Assembly (NCBI GenBank): GCA_002269645.1
Contig: NIVC01000971.1
Span: 1 to 64,000 of the forward strand
DNA from: Macrostomum lignano
Taxonomy: Eukaryota
Direction of reading: 5' to 3'
Length of the DNA: 64,000 bases
In this document: piece by piece, positions 47,810-62,345 of the stretch
Position numbering within the stretch: the first letter of the stretch is position 1
Layout of the letters: each line of letters opens with the position of its first letter
Translations under genes and position numbers: made by a program
Notes under the pieces: model-generated
The model's database searches: none
Seen by the model: only the letters and a program-made list of their open reading frames with translations
Told to the model about the DNA's origin: nothing

Positions 47810-50800
47810 CTCGCAAGGGAACGAGAGGCTAACAAGTCTAACAGGCGAAGGCCCCAGACGGGGTGGCGGCGGAGTTACACTGTAAAGTCTAAACAGTAGG
47901 GCAGACAGGAGCGCCCGGAGCGAGAGGCGGAGCGAGAAGAAAGGGACGAAAGTGAAAAGGCCCCGAGCGCACAGCCAGACAGAACTTAATAAGGACCGGA
48001 CTGGGGGGTGGCGCGCGAGAGAAATTAGTATAATTAATGCGGCGTATTTCTATTGGCTGACTGCGAAAAACAGGAACAGAAATTATTGATCACGCGCGCT
48101 GTACGCAGGGTTTACAATTGTACGCAGTTGAATAAAATTCTTAGGGCAACTACTTTAAGCAGACGTTAGAATACAAAACCGGCAAAATTAAAGATCGGTA
48201 CCATATGTTGAAACGGCCCTTGGCGGGGCCACTGAAACTGACAACGTCACAGCTCCACAGAAAATTTCAACCCAAAACTCAAGAATAAACCGCATTGTAC
48301 TAGTAGACTCAGAACGAGTGCAAAAACATATAGCTACCAAACGGCCAAATTAGTGTTGTAGTAAGGAAGCTGCGACTAGTTACATGACATGCACATGTAC
48401 CAACCTGCTGGGGTAGTGAGGTAGATAGTGATAGATGAATTGCAAGTGCACCAGATCAGGTAGTCTGACTTTCACCACTCTCAGACGTGCCGGTCGACCT
48501 TCTGCCTCGATCTCGTTGTATGCACTTCGCTACGAAGTAAGATCGAATGATAAACATGAATCGACTGTTGCATGGTCTGCATCAAATTTTAGAATCATTC
48601 TTACATGAGTGATCAATGCGGCGAGTTTCCGAGTATTGGTTTAAAACTTAAAATAAGACATGGTTATATTATATTAGAAATTTCTGCCTTTTATTTCTTT
48701 TTTTACTTAAAATGATGCCCTGTAGGTTAAGACACACCGTTAGTAAACAGCCGTATTAAAACAAGCATATTTATTTCGGCAAAAGCAACAGACAAAATTA
48801 CTTGGTTAAGAGTACACATTGGTACATTATAGCTAAATGGTTTTAACTGTGTTATAAAAACTAACATTGTTTTTAACTCGTTCATTATTGTTTAACCTGA
48901 CAAAATACATCATTAGGCCTATTATCATCGTTCCTTAAATTTGTAATTTGCAGCTCTTACCATCTCGTTACACTGCAGCGGACAATTTACACTTACAAGT
49001 AATAAAACTGAACTAAAATCTCAATTTTGTTTTGACTGAGTTTTTTTAATTTTCATTGATTTGATATTATTACTACCTACTACTTACTAGGTGGTAGGTA
49101 GGTCGTAAAATGCTTGTTGGTAGCCTAAACTGAAAAAAATCTAGCAGATAAACTAAAGTTTTTTGAAAATTAAAAAAATCTGAATTTTACTAGTTTGGCT
49201 AGGCTTCCTAAGACTGTAGGCCTTACCAACCACAAGGCTAGGTGTAGTCTTTAAGCCTGGATGTCAAACAGCACAATTCTAGGGCCTATTATTAGGTTTT
49301 TAAAGAAAAAAAGGCCTAGCCCTACCCTTAGGGGCCTATATAGGCCTATGATATAAGATATTGTGGATGGATAGCAGGATAGGTCAGAGTCTGTAGAGAC
49401 AAGGCCAAGGGTGAATGATACAGATCCTAGTCATTTTGTCAACTGGCGTTTCATCAATTGGCCATTTTGTCAACTTGGTTTTATCACTAGTCATTTTGTC
49501 AACTAGCCAATGAAGCTATCTCAAACCTTGGTCACTTTGTCAGTTTTTTTAACTTCATCTGCCAGCAAACAAAACTTCTTAAAAATAGGCCTATAACTAT
49601 ATAACTTATAAAGCTATTTTTTATAATGAGATATTGCAAGTCCTGCAAAGAGTTATCATGAGATATCTTTTTTGTATATGTAATTTTGTTTATTATAACA
49701 TTTAAAAGAAGTTTTATATTAAATTTAATATCTATTAAAAAGTTTTATGATAGTGAAATTGAGTGAATCAAAAAGCAAAGTAGTTTGAAGTTGAATATGA
49801 TTGTGATTAGCCAATTGTTGTGAGCATTATTATGATCCCTGGCCCCACTACTATCACACATTTGCTATCCTATTGTAGAGTTTGTTCATAATAAAAAATA
49901 TTAATATATAAGTCAAGTCAACATTTGGTTAGGTCTTTTAAGTAATAATTTTTTAGATACATTTGGGACTAGCTACCCTGGATTTCCTAGATAGGCCCTT
50001 AGCTACCCTTGATACACACTAGAATATATACTAGTAAGGAATTTTTTGTTTTTATACTTATTGCATACCATGCTTGCTAACTATGTGCCATGTATGCCAT
50101 TGTCAATAATTAACAATAAGCCTATAAATTATTTTTATAGGCTTTTGCATGCCATTATGCCATATACCCAAATATATACCAGTGCATGCCATTTTTTTAG
50201 CCAAACCAAATGCATTTCTAGCATGATGTATGCCTTCTAGAATATGGAGTGTATCTAGTAATGCTACTCAACTAAGAATTAAAAGGTTAAGATAGTGGGG
50301 GCTTAAGTTAAGATGAATTAAGCCAATAAAGAAGCCACTAGTATCTGCCACTATCAAAGAAGGCTAGATGACAAAAGAGGCTTCTTGCAAACCAATTCAT
50401 AAATAGGCCATTGCCCTTGCAAAAGATCTTGGTGAGGTTTGAACTTTTGTTACTTTAGTTACTTAAATAAAATAAAATAAAATAAAATAAGGAAAAGAAG
50501 AAAGAAAGTGGTGAGAAGGGAAAAAAAGACGAAAAAGAAGAGAAGAAAAGATAGAAAAAGGAAAAGGGAAAAGAGGATGTTTGCCTTTGGCCTCAAGCAG
50601 TCTTTGTAGCTTAAGCAATAACAATTTATATAATGGCTCAGGTTAGTGGGCCTCCAACTAAAAGACATGGCTAAATAGTCAAAGTTGTTGCCTATGTAGT
50701 TTTATTGCAGTAGGTCAAAAGGCCATATTAGGCACATATTTGTGTAGAGTGTAGCATTGGTCTCACCATCTAAACTAATATGCACTCCAAATACCACATG

Positions 50801-52467
50801 CAACATGGTTGCATATGCAGAATCTAGCTGTATCCCAATGGACTATCAATGTCTAGGTCTTGGCATTGTACAATAGTTATGGAAAGTTTACTAGATGTGG
50901 ATATGGATATAGATAGGCTATGGGAAACTTTTAGAAATGAAGCTATAGATATAGGAAAATTTGGTTATGGTGGAACTATTAAAAAAGAATGATAAACATA
51001 TCAAATATTAAATGCATTCAGTTGTTTCCATGGGTTTAGATAAAGAATAAGCTATTATCACTCAAGTAAAAAATATATTTGTACCAAAATTATATAATTG
51101 CCTCTTCTTTTTTTGTTTGTAAAAAGCCAATAGTTAAATGAATTTTATAGAAAAATTCTTACTTAAGTAATATATAATTAGTAAAGGGTCTTAAAATAAA
51201 AATGCATTATTTATATAGTGAAAAATTTTGTTATTTATCTCAAAGAGTTTTTTAGTGCTATATGCATAAATCTATGGAATGACCTATTCTGAACTTCTGA
51301 ACACCTTGATATATAATGCTAGCTATCTACAGAGAGCATTGCAAGCATTTGACTATTTGAAACTCTTGCTTAAACAATAGAATTGAATACAAAACATTCC
51401 AAAAGGAAATTCAAAAGTTAAGACAAAGAAGTAGTTGGTTCTTTCTTAAATCAAGTTGTTATTCAATTGTGTTAACTACAAACTTTCTTGATATTTGATA
51501 TTGAGGTTTGTATAATATGTATTAAAATGCTTATAAAATAGGCCTGCATAACATAATTTGTAAAGATGTCTAGTAACTATAAGAGATATGGTAAGGAAAA
51601 ATGATATTTATAATAAATTGAAAACTTATAGAAGTAGATTAGCATGCTGCATTTAAAAATCTTATAATTGTAGCATTTGCCTTTTATTTTTACTATGACT
51701 TAAAAATACAAAAAATAACTTAGATTATCATTTGCATCAATACAAATATAACAATGAAATATATAGTAGGTACTCAATATTGCCATGTTGTTCTAAAGTG
51801 CAGAAATAATTAAAAGTTGAATTTAAACATGTGTAACAATTAGAATAGTAATAGTCACATTGTTAACTTTTCCAATAATTAATGAATATTTCATGGTATA
51901 TATGGTGCATTTTTTGTAATAATCAATAATTTAGGAAAATTAAAAAAAAATTAGGAAAACCTTTTTTTCAGAAGGCACTTTGTCTTTAAAGCTAATGCCA
52001 TGAGCAATAAATATTATTTGGATTATTGGCTAACACACTTAATGAACCCCATAGCCAAATATATAGCATATATAAGGTTATACTTTAATATTGTAATGTA
52101 AGGTTTACATTATGACTTCATACCTATAATGCTTAACAAAGTTTTCTCACAAGGCAATGTGTCAAGATAATATAATAATGGTGTTAATATCAAAATCTTT
52201 GCAGACTTTTAATGCTAAAAATCATTGAATCATCAATCATACATTTGAAATATTTTAAACACCTTGAAAAGGTTTGCCAACTGTGTTCAAACCTAGCCTG
52301 AATCTAAGGTTTTTTATGAAGAATTTTCTTTTCTTATATAACAGCTGCAGATACGTCAGCTTTCCTTTCTTTGTCTAACTTTCTCTAACTAATACTTTAT
52401 CTAATACTGAATAAATTGCTGAGCAGTAAAATAAAAAATAAGCATCAATAAGCGATTATACTTCAAA

Positions 52468-52743
52468 ATGAGTCAACAGTCAACAATATCTATAACACTA
52501 GCGCCCAATGCCACTGAGCTCCGCCTAGTGCTAATACCTGTTGATCGCAGCCGAAATAGTGAACGAGCGCTTGCCTGGTATGCCGGCAATCTGGCCCAGC
52601 GCCGCGACCAGGTGCTGTTTGTGAACGTGTCCGAGCCGCCTGAGGTTAGCAGCGCTACTCAGACTGGCCTGGCTGGCGCTCAGGATGTCTACCAGCGGGC
52701 TATTGGCAGCGCTATTGAGAAGGGCCGCGAGCTGGCTGAGCAG
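52468..52743 (+). CDS. Universal stress protein (UspA domain), exon 1
   Basis: Reads RLVLIPVDRSRNSERALAWY..VLFVNV; donor CAG|GTAAAC. Confidence 0.88.
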
Positions 52744-52859
52744 GTAAACTGCTGTTTGTAATTGCTGAGTCTTGTGCAGCTTAGCTTGACTATCTTTTTG
52801 GCATTTCATCAAAGACTAGAAATCAAACAATAGCATGCATTGTTTTTAGTGCATTTGAC

Positions 52860-53345
52860 GATATAGATAGATAGATTGATTGATTAGATAGATAGATTAG
52901 ATAGATAGATACATAGATAAATAGATAGATAGATAGATAGATACGTAGGTAGGTAGATGGAGATTGACAGACAGACACAGACGGACAGGCAGACAAAGAC
53001 AGACGGACAGGCAGACAGACACAGACGGACAGGCAGACAAAGACAGACGGACAGGCAGACAGACACAGACGGACAGGCAGACAAACAGACGCAGACGGAC
53101 AGGCAGGTAGGCAGACACAGACGGACAGGCAGGCAGACACAGACGGAAAGGCAGACAGGCAGACACAGACGGACAGGCAGACAGACACTGACGGACAGGC
53201 AGACAGAGACAGACGGACAGACAGACGGACAGGCAGACACAGACAGACAGGTAGGCACACAGACGGACAGGCAGACATAGACGGACAGGAAGACAGACAC
53301 AGACGGACAGGCAGACACAGATGGACAAGAGGACAGACAGGCAGT
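52860..53345. repeat. (ATAG)n and compound (GACA/GACG)n microsatellite in the Usp intron
   Basis: Directly visible simple repeats. Confidence 0.95.
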
Positions 53346-53376
53346 GCACCCAATAAATGCTAAACTGCTTGCGCAG

Positions 53377-53682
53377 GTGCGCCGCCGCTGGATGGAATTC
53401 GGCATGCACCGGGCCTTCAAGGAGCCGAGATTCCTGGAGCGCCTATCGAAAGACCCCGGCCCGGCCATCTGCCAGGTGGCCAAAGACGAGGGCGTCAACC
53501 TCATAGTGATTGGCAGCAGAGGCATGAGCCGGCTGAAGCGAACATTCCTCGGCTCCGTATCCGAGTATGTGCTGCACCACGCCAAGGTGCCAATTGCTAT
53601 TGTGCCGCCGCCCAAGCAGCAGAGCCTTGAAGCTATTCGCCAGGCTAGTCAGGATACTGCCTCTGGTGACGGCCAAGAGTGA
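53377..53682 (+). CDS. Universal stress protein (UspA domain), exon 2
   Basis: Reads DPGPAICQVAKDEGVNLIVIGSRGMSRLKRTFLGSVSEYVLHHAKVPIAIVP (Usp ATP-binding motif); acceptor gcgcAG. Confidence 0.92.
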   Translation: MRRRWMEFGMHRAFKEPRFLERLSKDPGPAICQVAKDEGVNLIVIGSRGMSRLKRTFLGSVSEYVLHHAKVPIAIVPPPKQQSLEAIRQASQDTASGDGQE

Positions 53683-53908
53683 GCAGCCTAATGATTATTT
53701 TGAGCATGGTTGGCTGGCTTTGGGTGCGAGACATGGCCTTTGGAGTAAACGGAGAAGCAATTAATAAGAAAGAACACTACAGTGACACTAAACACTCACA
53801 GAATGTACAGCGGACTCTGGCTTTCTAATCGTCTGGCATAACCATATATTGGTACCAGAAAGAAAGGGTTGTACAGATATTTTGGTATCACTAATTAGAT
53901 GACGAGGC

Positions 53909-54302
53909 ATTTGCTTATGTTTAGATAAGTATATAGTTACTCACAATGTTTACCCACACTGTCCAGGGGGATTAGTGATATTTTGTAGGCAAGCCCAACC
54001 GGCTAAATTCTGTCCACTAGGCCAAAACACTCAGTGGCATAATTTGACGCGAGTATCAAAAGCGCAAACTTGTTTGAGCTATAAAACAAAGACAAAAAGA
54101 TAAACAGTTGGACACAGTTTAAGGACATGGACTAAAGTTCCATTCTCTATGATTTAAATTTTTATGCTTTAGCTCTGTTTTGAATTTATGACACATTTTA
54201 TAAAATCGCGGCATTGAGGCGAACAATTTACTATTCTAATATAATTTATTTTCTATGCTATACTTTTAGGATTAACCAGGATTTTTCGCGCAATTTTTTG
54301 TT
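53909..54302. repeat. 394-bp direct duplication, left copy (right copy 56484-56877)
   Basis: Both copies run atttgcttatgtttagataag...gcgcaattttttgtt and abut the LINE ends. Confidence 0.92.
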
Positions 54303-56511
<2,209 letters not shown>

Positions 56512-57360
56512 TTACTCACAATGTTTACCCACACTGTCCAGGGGGATTAGTGATATTTTGTAGGCAAGCCCAACCGGCTAAATTCTGTCCACTAGGCCAA
56601 AACACTCAGTGGCATAATTTGACGCGAGTATCAAAAGCGCAAACTTGTTTGAGCTATAAAACAAAGACAAAAAGATAAACAGTTGGACACAGTTTAAGGA
56701 CATGGACTAAAGTTCCATTCTCTATGATTTAAATTTTTATGCTTTAGCTCTGTTTTGAATTTATGACACATTTTATAAAATCGCGGCATTGAGGCGAACA
56801 ATTTACTATTCTAATATAATTTATTTTCTATGCTATACTTTTAGGATTAACCAGGATTTTTCGCGCAATTTTTTGTTTCTGTGCTCGTTTGAGAGCTGTA
56901 GTTCTTGATTTGAGTCAACGTTGCTCAAACGAATATTCATTCAACTTGTTTTTTACAATTCGACGAAGATATTACTCGTATATTTTACTGATTCTCGGTA
57001 AATATTAAATAATAAGCAACTATATTGTTTATACTTTTTTATTAGGACATAGTTAAGTTAGTCTTTTTGAATGCTGATATTATCTTTTTTCAGAATTTTC
57101 TTTTCTAGTCTACAAAAATTATAGCTTTCTGTTGTGCTCACAGATGCCAGAATGACTGGATTTGTCGCTTGATTAAAGTTGTGAAAAAGCACAGCGTCTA
57201 CTCTTTTCAGTAGCTTGTCTATGCATTGTCACTAAATTATGTGGCGAAAGAAAACTTTCTTTCCTCAAGGTTTATGGCCTCAGGAAGCATATGGGATTAA
57301 GAATGAACAGCAAGCATTTAACTACACAAGTGGACGCAAGACGGACGAAACTCAGCCTAG

Positions 57361-57797
57361 AGGATAGGCCCAATCTAGCTCAGCCAATGAGAGAGCAGTA
57401 AGGAGAAAGGGTCAAAGTCAGACGGACGAAACTCAGTCTAGATGGCAGGCCCAATCCGGCTCAGCCAATGAGAGAGCAGTAAGGAGAGAGGCCAAAGTCA
57501 GATGCAAGCCGTAAGAGGAAAGCCCAACTGTTTATCGGCCGGACTGGAGCGTCTGCCCTTTAATTTACTATTATAATAGCAAAGGAGGATAGGCCCAATC
57601 TAGCTCAGCCAATGAGAGAGCAGTAAGGAGAAAGGGTCAAAGTCAGACGGACGAAACTCAGTCTAGATGGCAGGCCCGATCCGGCTCAGCCAATGAGAGC
57701 AGTAAGGAGAGAGGCCAAAGTCAGATGCAAGCCGTAAGAGGAAAGCCCAGCTGTTTATCGGCCTGACTGGAGCGCCTGCCCTTTAATTAACTATTAT
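57361..57797. repeat. Tandem duplication, period about 225 bp, with internal sub-repeats
   Basis: gaggataggcccaatctagctcagccaatgagag... starts at about 57361 and 57586. Confidence 0.85.
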
Positions 57798-58419
57798 AGA
57801 GGCAAAAAGCACTAATTTAGATAGCTCGTAGAGTAGATAAGCGCATCGTTTGCGAGTGACATAATCCAGTTATTCTAGAATCTGTGGTTATGCGTCACAT
57901 CTATCAATTGTGCTTTTTCCTAAAGAGTTTTATTTAGTTGTTGACTGTGATTTCTCTAGCTGTTCTAGTCTAACTTGTGCTTTTATATACATACATGTTG
58001 TTTTGCACCTGTCCTATCAGCACAGCACGCGGTTTTTTAATCAATTCTAGCTTCACTGAAATTTCATAATCCGGCTTTCGTTTTGTTTGTTTGTTCTTTT
58101 GTAATGCAGTGAACTGTTTCTTTTAACGTTGTCGTGCACATATACGAGAAATAATTTATATGGCAACGAATTTTAGTCTTTTTTTCTGATCCTCAAAGCT
58201 ATAGTTTGTGTTTTGTGTACCTTACTTTTCTATTCAGTCAGCCAATTTCCGTAATTACGTTTGTAATTAGATTCCTTTTCCGCTCACTAAGCCTCTTTTA
58301 GTTTGTTGGAAATAATTTCCAATTATTACTTCTGGGATTAGCTATTGTCAGCTTTTAAGCTCTCGTCTTATAGACCCAGTGCCCTCCTTAGTCGGTCGTT
58401 TTTCGTTGAAATAAGTTTA

Positions 58420-59480
58420 AGTAAATGGATGAGTCACCTTCTGTACCCCTGAGATCTATTTGAGGTTCCCCTTTTGTACCCCTAGGATCTATCTGAGGTT
58501 CCCCTTTGTACCCCTAAGATCTATCTGAGGTTCCCCTTTTGTACCCCTAAGATCTATCTGAGGTTCCCCTTTTGTACCCCTGAGATCTATCTGAGGTTCC
58601 CCTTCTGTAACCCTGAGATCTGTCTGAGGTTCTCTTCTGTACCCCTGAGATCTGTCTGAGGTTCCCTTCTGTACCCCTGAGATCTGTCTGAGTTCCCCTT
58701 CTGTAACCCTGAGATCTGTCTGAGGTTCCCTTCTGTACCCCTGAGATCTGTCTGAGGTTCCCTTCTGTACCCCTGAGATCTGTCTGAGTTCCCCTTCTGT
58801 AACCCTGAGATCTGTCTGAGGTTCCCTTCTGTACCCCTGAGATCTGTCTGAGGTTCCCTTCTGTACCCCTGAGATCTGTCTGAGGTTCCCTTCTGTACCC
58901 CTGAGATCTGTCTGAGGTTCCCTTCTGTACCCCTGAGATCTGTCTGAGGTTCCCTTCTGTACCCCTGAGATCTGTCTAAGGTTCCCCTTCTGTACCCCTG
59001 AGATCTGTCTGAGGTTCCCTTCTGTACCCCTGAGATCTGTCTGAGGTTCCCTTCTGTACCCCTGAGATCTGTCTGAGGTTCCCTTCTGTACCCCTGAGAT
59101 CTGTCTGAGGTTCCCTTCTGTACCCCTGAGATCTGTCTAAGGTTCCCCTTCTGTACCCCTGAGATCTGTCTGAGGTTCCCCTTCTGAACCCTTGAGATCT
59201 GTCTGAGGTTCCCCTTCTGTACCCCTGAGATCTGTCTGAGGTTCCCCTTCTGTACCCCTGAGATCTGTCTGAGGTTCCCCTTCTGTACCCCTGAGATCTG
59301 TCTGAGGTTCCCCTTCTGTACCCCTGAGATCTGTCTGAGGTTCCCTTCTGTACCCCTGAGATCTGTCTGAGGTTCCCCTTCTGTACCCCTGAGATCTGTC
59401 TGAGGTTCCCCTTCTGTACCCTTGAGATCCACCTGAAGTTTCCTTCTGTAACCCTGGGATCTGTCTGAAGTTTTACTGAG
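58420..59480. repeat. 32/33-bp minisatellite upstream of XRN2
   Basis: Tandem gaggttcccttctgtacccctgagatctgtct, about 32 copies. Confidence 0.95.
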
Positions 59481-59616
59481 ATTCCAAGGTTCCATGCAGT
59501 TAGAACAATTTATTTATCTAATATTCATGCTGCCAGAATCGCACTAACAGACAAGAGATCAGTCGCACAGTCAGTAATTAGTTCAGCATTAACTCAGCAG
59601 CTTCAGCCAGCTAATC

Positions 59617-60223
59617 ATGGGAGTACCAGCCTTCTTTCGCTGGCTAAGCCGCAAATTCCCATCAATTGTGGTGCACTGCGTCGAAGAGAAACAGCGCGAA
59701 GTGGACGGCGAGACCGTGCCAGTTGACACCAGCCGGCCTAACCCGAACAACTATGAGTTCGACAATTTGTATTTGGACATGAACGGCATCATCCATCCGT
59801 GCACTCATCCTGAGGATAAGCCGGCGCCGCGTAACGAAGCCGAAATGTTTGCCGCCATCTTCGAATACATGGATAGAATATTTGCTATTGTTAGGCCTAG
59901 GCGTGTTATCTATATGGCTATTGACGGAGTGGCGCCGCGCGCTAAAATGAATCAGCAACGTTCGCGCCGATTCCGCGCGGCCAAGGAGGCCAGGGAGAAA
60001 GCGATTGAGCTAGATCGGCTGCGATCGGAGCTCACAGCCCAGGGTATGACCCTGCCGCCGCCTAAAGCGCCTGAGGAGCATTTTGATAGCAATTGTATCA
60101 CGCCTGGCACTCCGTTTATGGCGCGTCTGGCTGTGGCGCTGCGGTATTACATTCACGACAGGCTGCACAACGATCCGGGCTGGCGCAATCTGCAGGTCTT
60201 CCTTTCTGACGCAAATGTGCCCG
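59617..60223 (+). CDS. XRN2: 5'-3' exoribonuclease 2, exon 1
   Basis: Reads [66 protein letters not shown]; donor G|GTACAG. Confidence 0.97.
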
Positions 60224-60409
60224 GTACAGATGGCTCTTTGCGAGTTGATTTTTTCTCTTAGAAATACCTAAGGTAGCAGCGTAATATAACTATGTCCTAA
60301 TCTGCTACTTTGTTAGTAGAGCAGTAGGATAAAAACCATTAGATAGTCCTGTGTGAGCGGGTGTATAGTATTGTAGGCAGGCATCACAGATACTTTAATA
60401 TTAATGTAT

Positions 60410-60745
60410 TTATTTATTGAAGCGCACTTTAAGCGACATTGTCACACAACCGGCGAGAGGCATTACTGCCCATTCCGCCGACTCCCCTGAGCAGGCACTC
60501 AAGCGCGCGGATGCGTACGCAGTCATACGCACAGGCACACACACAGGACTGGAGTGTACAGCAGCCCTAACTTTATTTACCGTTAGGCATGTACACTTCA
60601 CTGTGCCTTGGGGCTGGCTTGTAGCAGAGCCAAGCCGAGATTCCAATTTATCCCCAAATTAGTATGACTGCGGCACTGGGGATCGAGCCTGGGCCGCTGG
60701 CACATCAGTGCGCCGCGCTTGACCACTGGGCTACGGCCGCCCCCC
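60410..60745 (-). mobile_element. tRNA-derived SINE (family A), copy 3, in XRN2 intron 1
   Basis: Homologous to 15946-16306, with an A-box/B-box-like head on the minus strand. Confidence 0.85.
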
Positions 60746-60802
60746 GTCCCCTCTAATAAAAATTTAGCTATATTGTAGTCTCACACAATGCTCTCCGCAC
60801 AG

Positions 60803-61308
60803 GCGAAGGCGAGCACAAGATCATGGACTTTATTCGGCGCCAGCGCGCCCAGCCGGCGCACGATCCGAACACGCGCCACTGCCTTTGTGGCGCCGATGCC
60901 GACCTGATCATGCTGGGCCTGGCCACTCACGAGCCGCACTTCACCATCATTCGCGAGGAGTTTGTGCCCAACAAGCCGAGACCGTGCGACCTGTGCGGCC
61001 AGCTGGGCCACGAGGCCAAGGACTGCCAGGGCCTGGCCAGGGACCAAGCAGCTGCCGAGGCGCCGCCAGTTATGGCCTCTGAGGCCGATTTCATCTTCAT
61101 TCGTCTGCACGTATTGCGCGAGTATCTGCAGCGCGAATTAAAAATGGACGGCCTACCGTTTGCTTACGATTTTGAACGGGCGCTTGACGATTGGGTATTT
61201 ATGTGCTTCTTTGTTGGCAACGACTTCCTGCCGCATCTGCCTAGTTTAGAGATTCGCGAGGGTGCCATTGATCGGCTGGTTGGAATCTACAAGAGAGCTG
61301 TCTATCAG
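60803..61308 (+). CDS. XRN2: XRN2 exon 2
   Basis: Contains GEGEHKIMDFIR, CGADADLIMLGLATHE, the zinc knuckle CDLCGQLGHEAKDC and FFVGNDFLPHLPSLEIREGAID. Confidence 0.96.
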
Positions 61309-61596
61309 GTGAGGCTCACTGTACTGTGCTGGTCTCCACAGTATGAAAATTTTATTCATTCATCTGTACCAAGGATCGGCGAACTCCTGCCCTCGGGATC
61401 CTTTGCCCGCCAATACTGTACGCCCTGACCAAGAGTCTTGGCAAATTTACTGCTGCGCCAGACTTCGCCCGAACCCTACTTCCATAATTTTAGCTACGTA
61501 AAACTACTAGCATAATAGTAGTATCTGATAAAATTGCAACTAATATTTTAGTATAAAACTTAATCATGTATATGATAAAAATTTGCTTTAACACAG

Positions 61597-61959
61597 ACAG
61601 GCGGCTGGGTCACGGACTCCGGCCACGTGCACCTGGACCGGGTGCAGCTCATTATGCGCGAGCTCGGCCAGATGGAGGACGAAATATTCAAACGCCGGCG
61701 CAGCTCCGAGATGAATTTTCGTCGACGTCGCAAAGCCGACAAGCAGGCCAAACTGCGGCACACAATGATGGAGAGGGGCATGGCTGCTCCGCTTGGCAGT
61801 GGCCGGTCTAGCGGCGCTGCAGACCAACAGCTGTCGTCTGGACAGGCCATACGGGCCCTGATGCGGGAGAGCCAGATGGAGTCGCTTCAGGCTGAGCGGG
61901 ACCGGCAGCAGCAGCAGCAGCAGCCGGACTCTGATGAGGAGGCCGATGCTAGAGATGAG
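61597..61959 (+). CDS. XRN2: XRN2 exon 3
   Basis: Reads TGGWVTDSGHVHLDRVQLIM..EDEIFKRR..DARDE; donor GTATGA. Confidence 0.9.
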
Positions 61960-61995
61960 GTATGATTGAATTTGGGGTTTATATGCTTTGGATAC

Positions 61996-62102
61996 TGTCA
62001 TTTGACTGTCAATGCCATTAGATTGTCAGTGTCATTTGATTGTCATGTGTCATTTGATTGTCAGTGTCATTTGATTGTCAGTGTCATTTGATTGACAGTG
62101 TC
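61996..62102. repeat. 17-bp tandem repeat in XRN2 intron 3
   Basis: tgtcatttgattgtcag, about 6 copies. Confidence 0.85.
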
Positions 62103-62345
62103 TATAAAAAGGCCTCCTTGTGTTCAAAAGAACAACCATGTACACTATAAGATGGCCAATAAATTTCATCACGTAACTGGCTTTTACACCCTTATTATCC
62201 ATCATCACTCCTCATGTTTGCACTGGCGTTAAATACGAGTAAGTGAATGTTCTGTTTGCAGTGACAGTATGTTATCATATACCTAGATTAGGCTTACCAA
62301 CTAAGACCATAGGCTTTTATTAATGCCCAAACATCACCAACGCAG

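Noticed and set aside
52823-53615. Cys/Val/Leu-rich and QT/DR-rich ORFs
   Set aside because: They are microsatellite translations inside the Usp intron.
52468-53682. Bacterial contamination or recent HGT for the Usp gene
   Set aside because: It has a canonical spliceosomal intron and host-like flanks.
58587-59495. 302-aa ORF
   Set aside because: It is a product of the 32/33-bp array.
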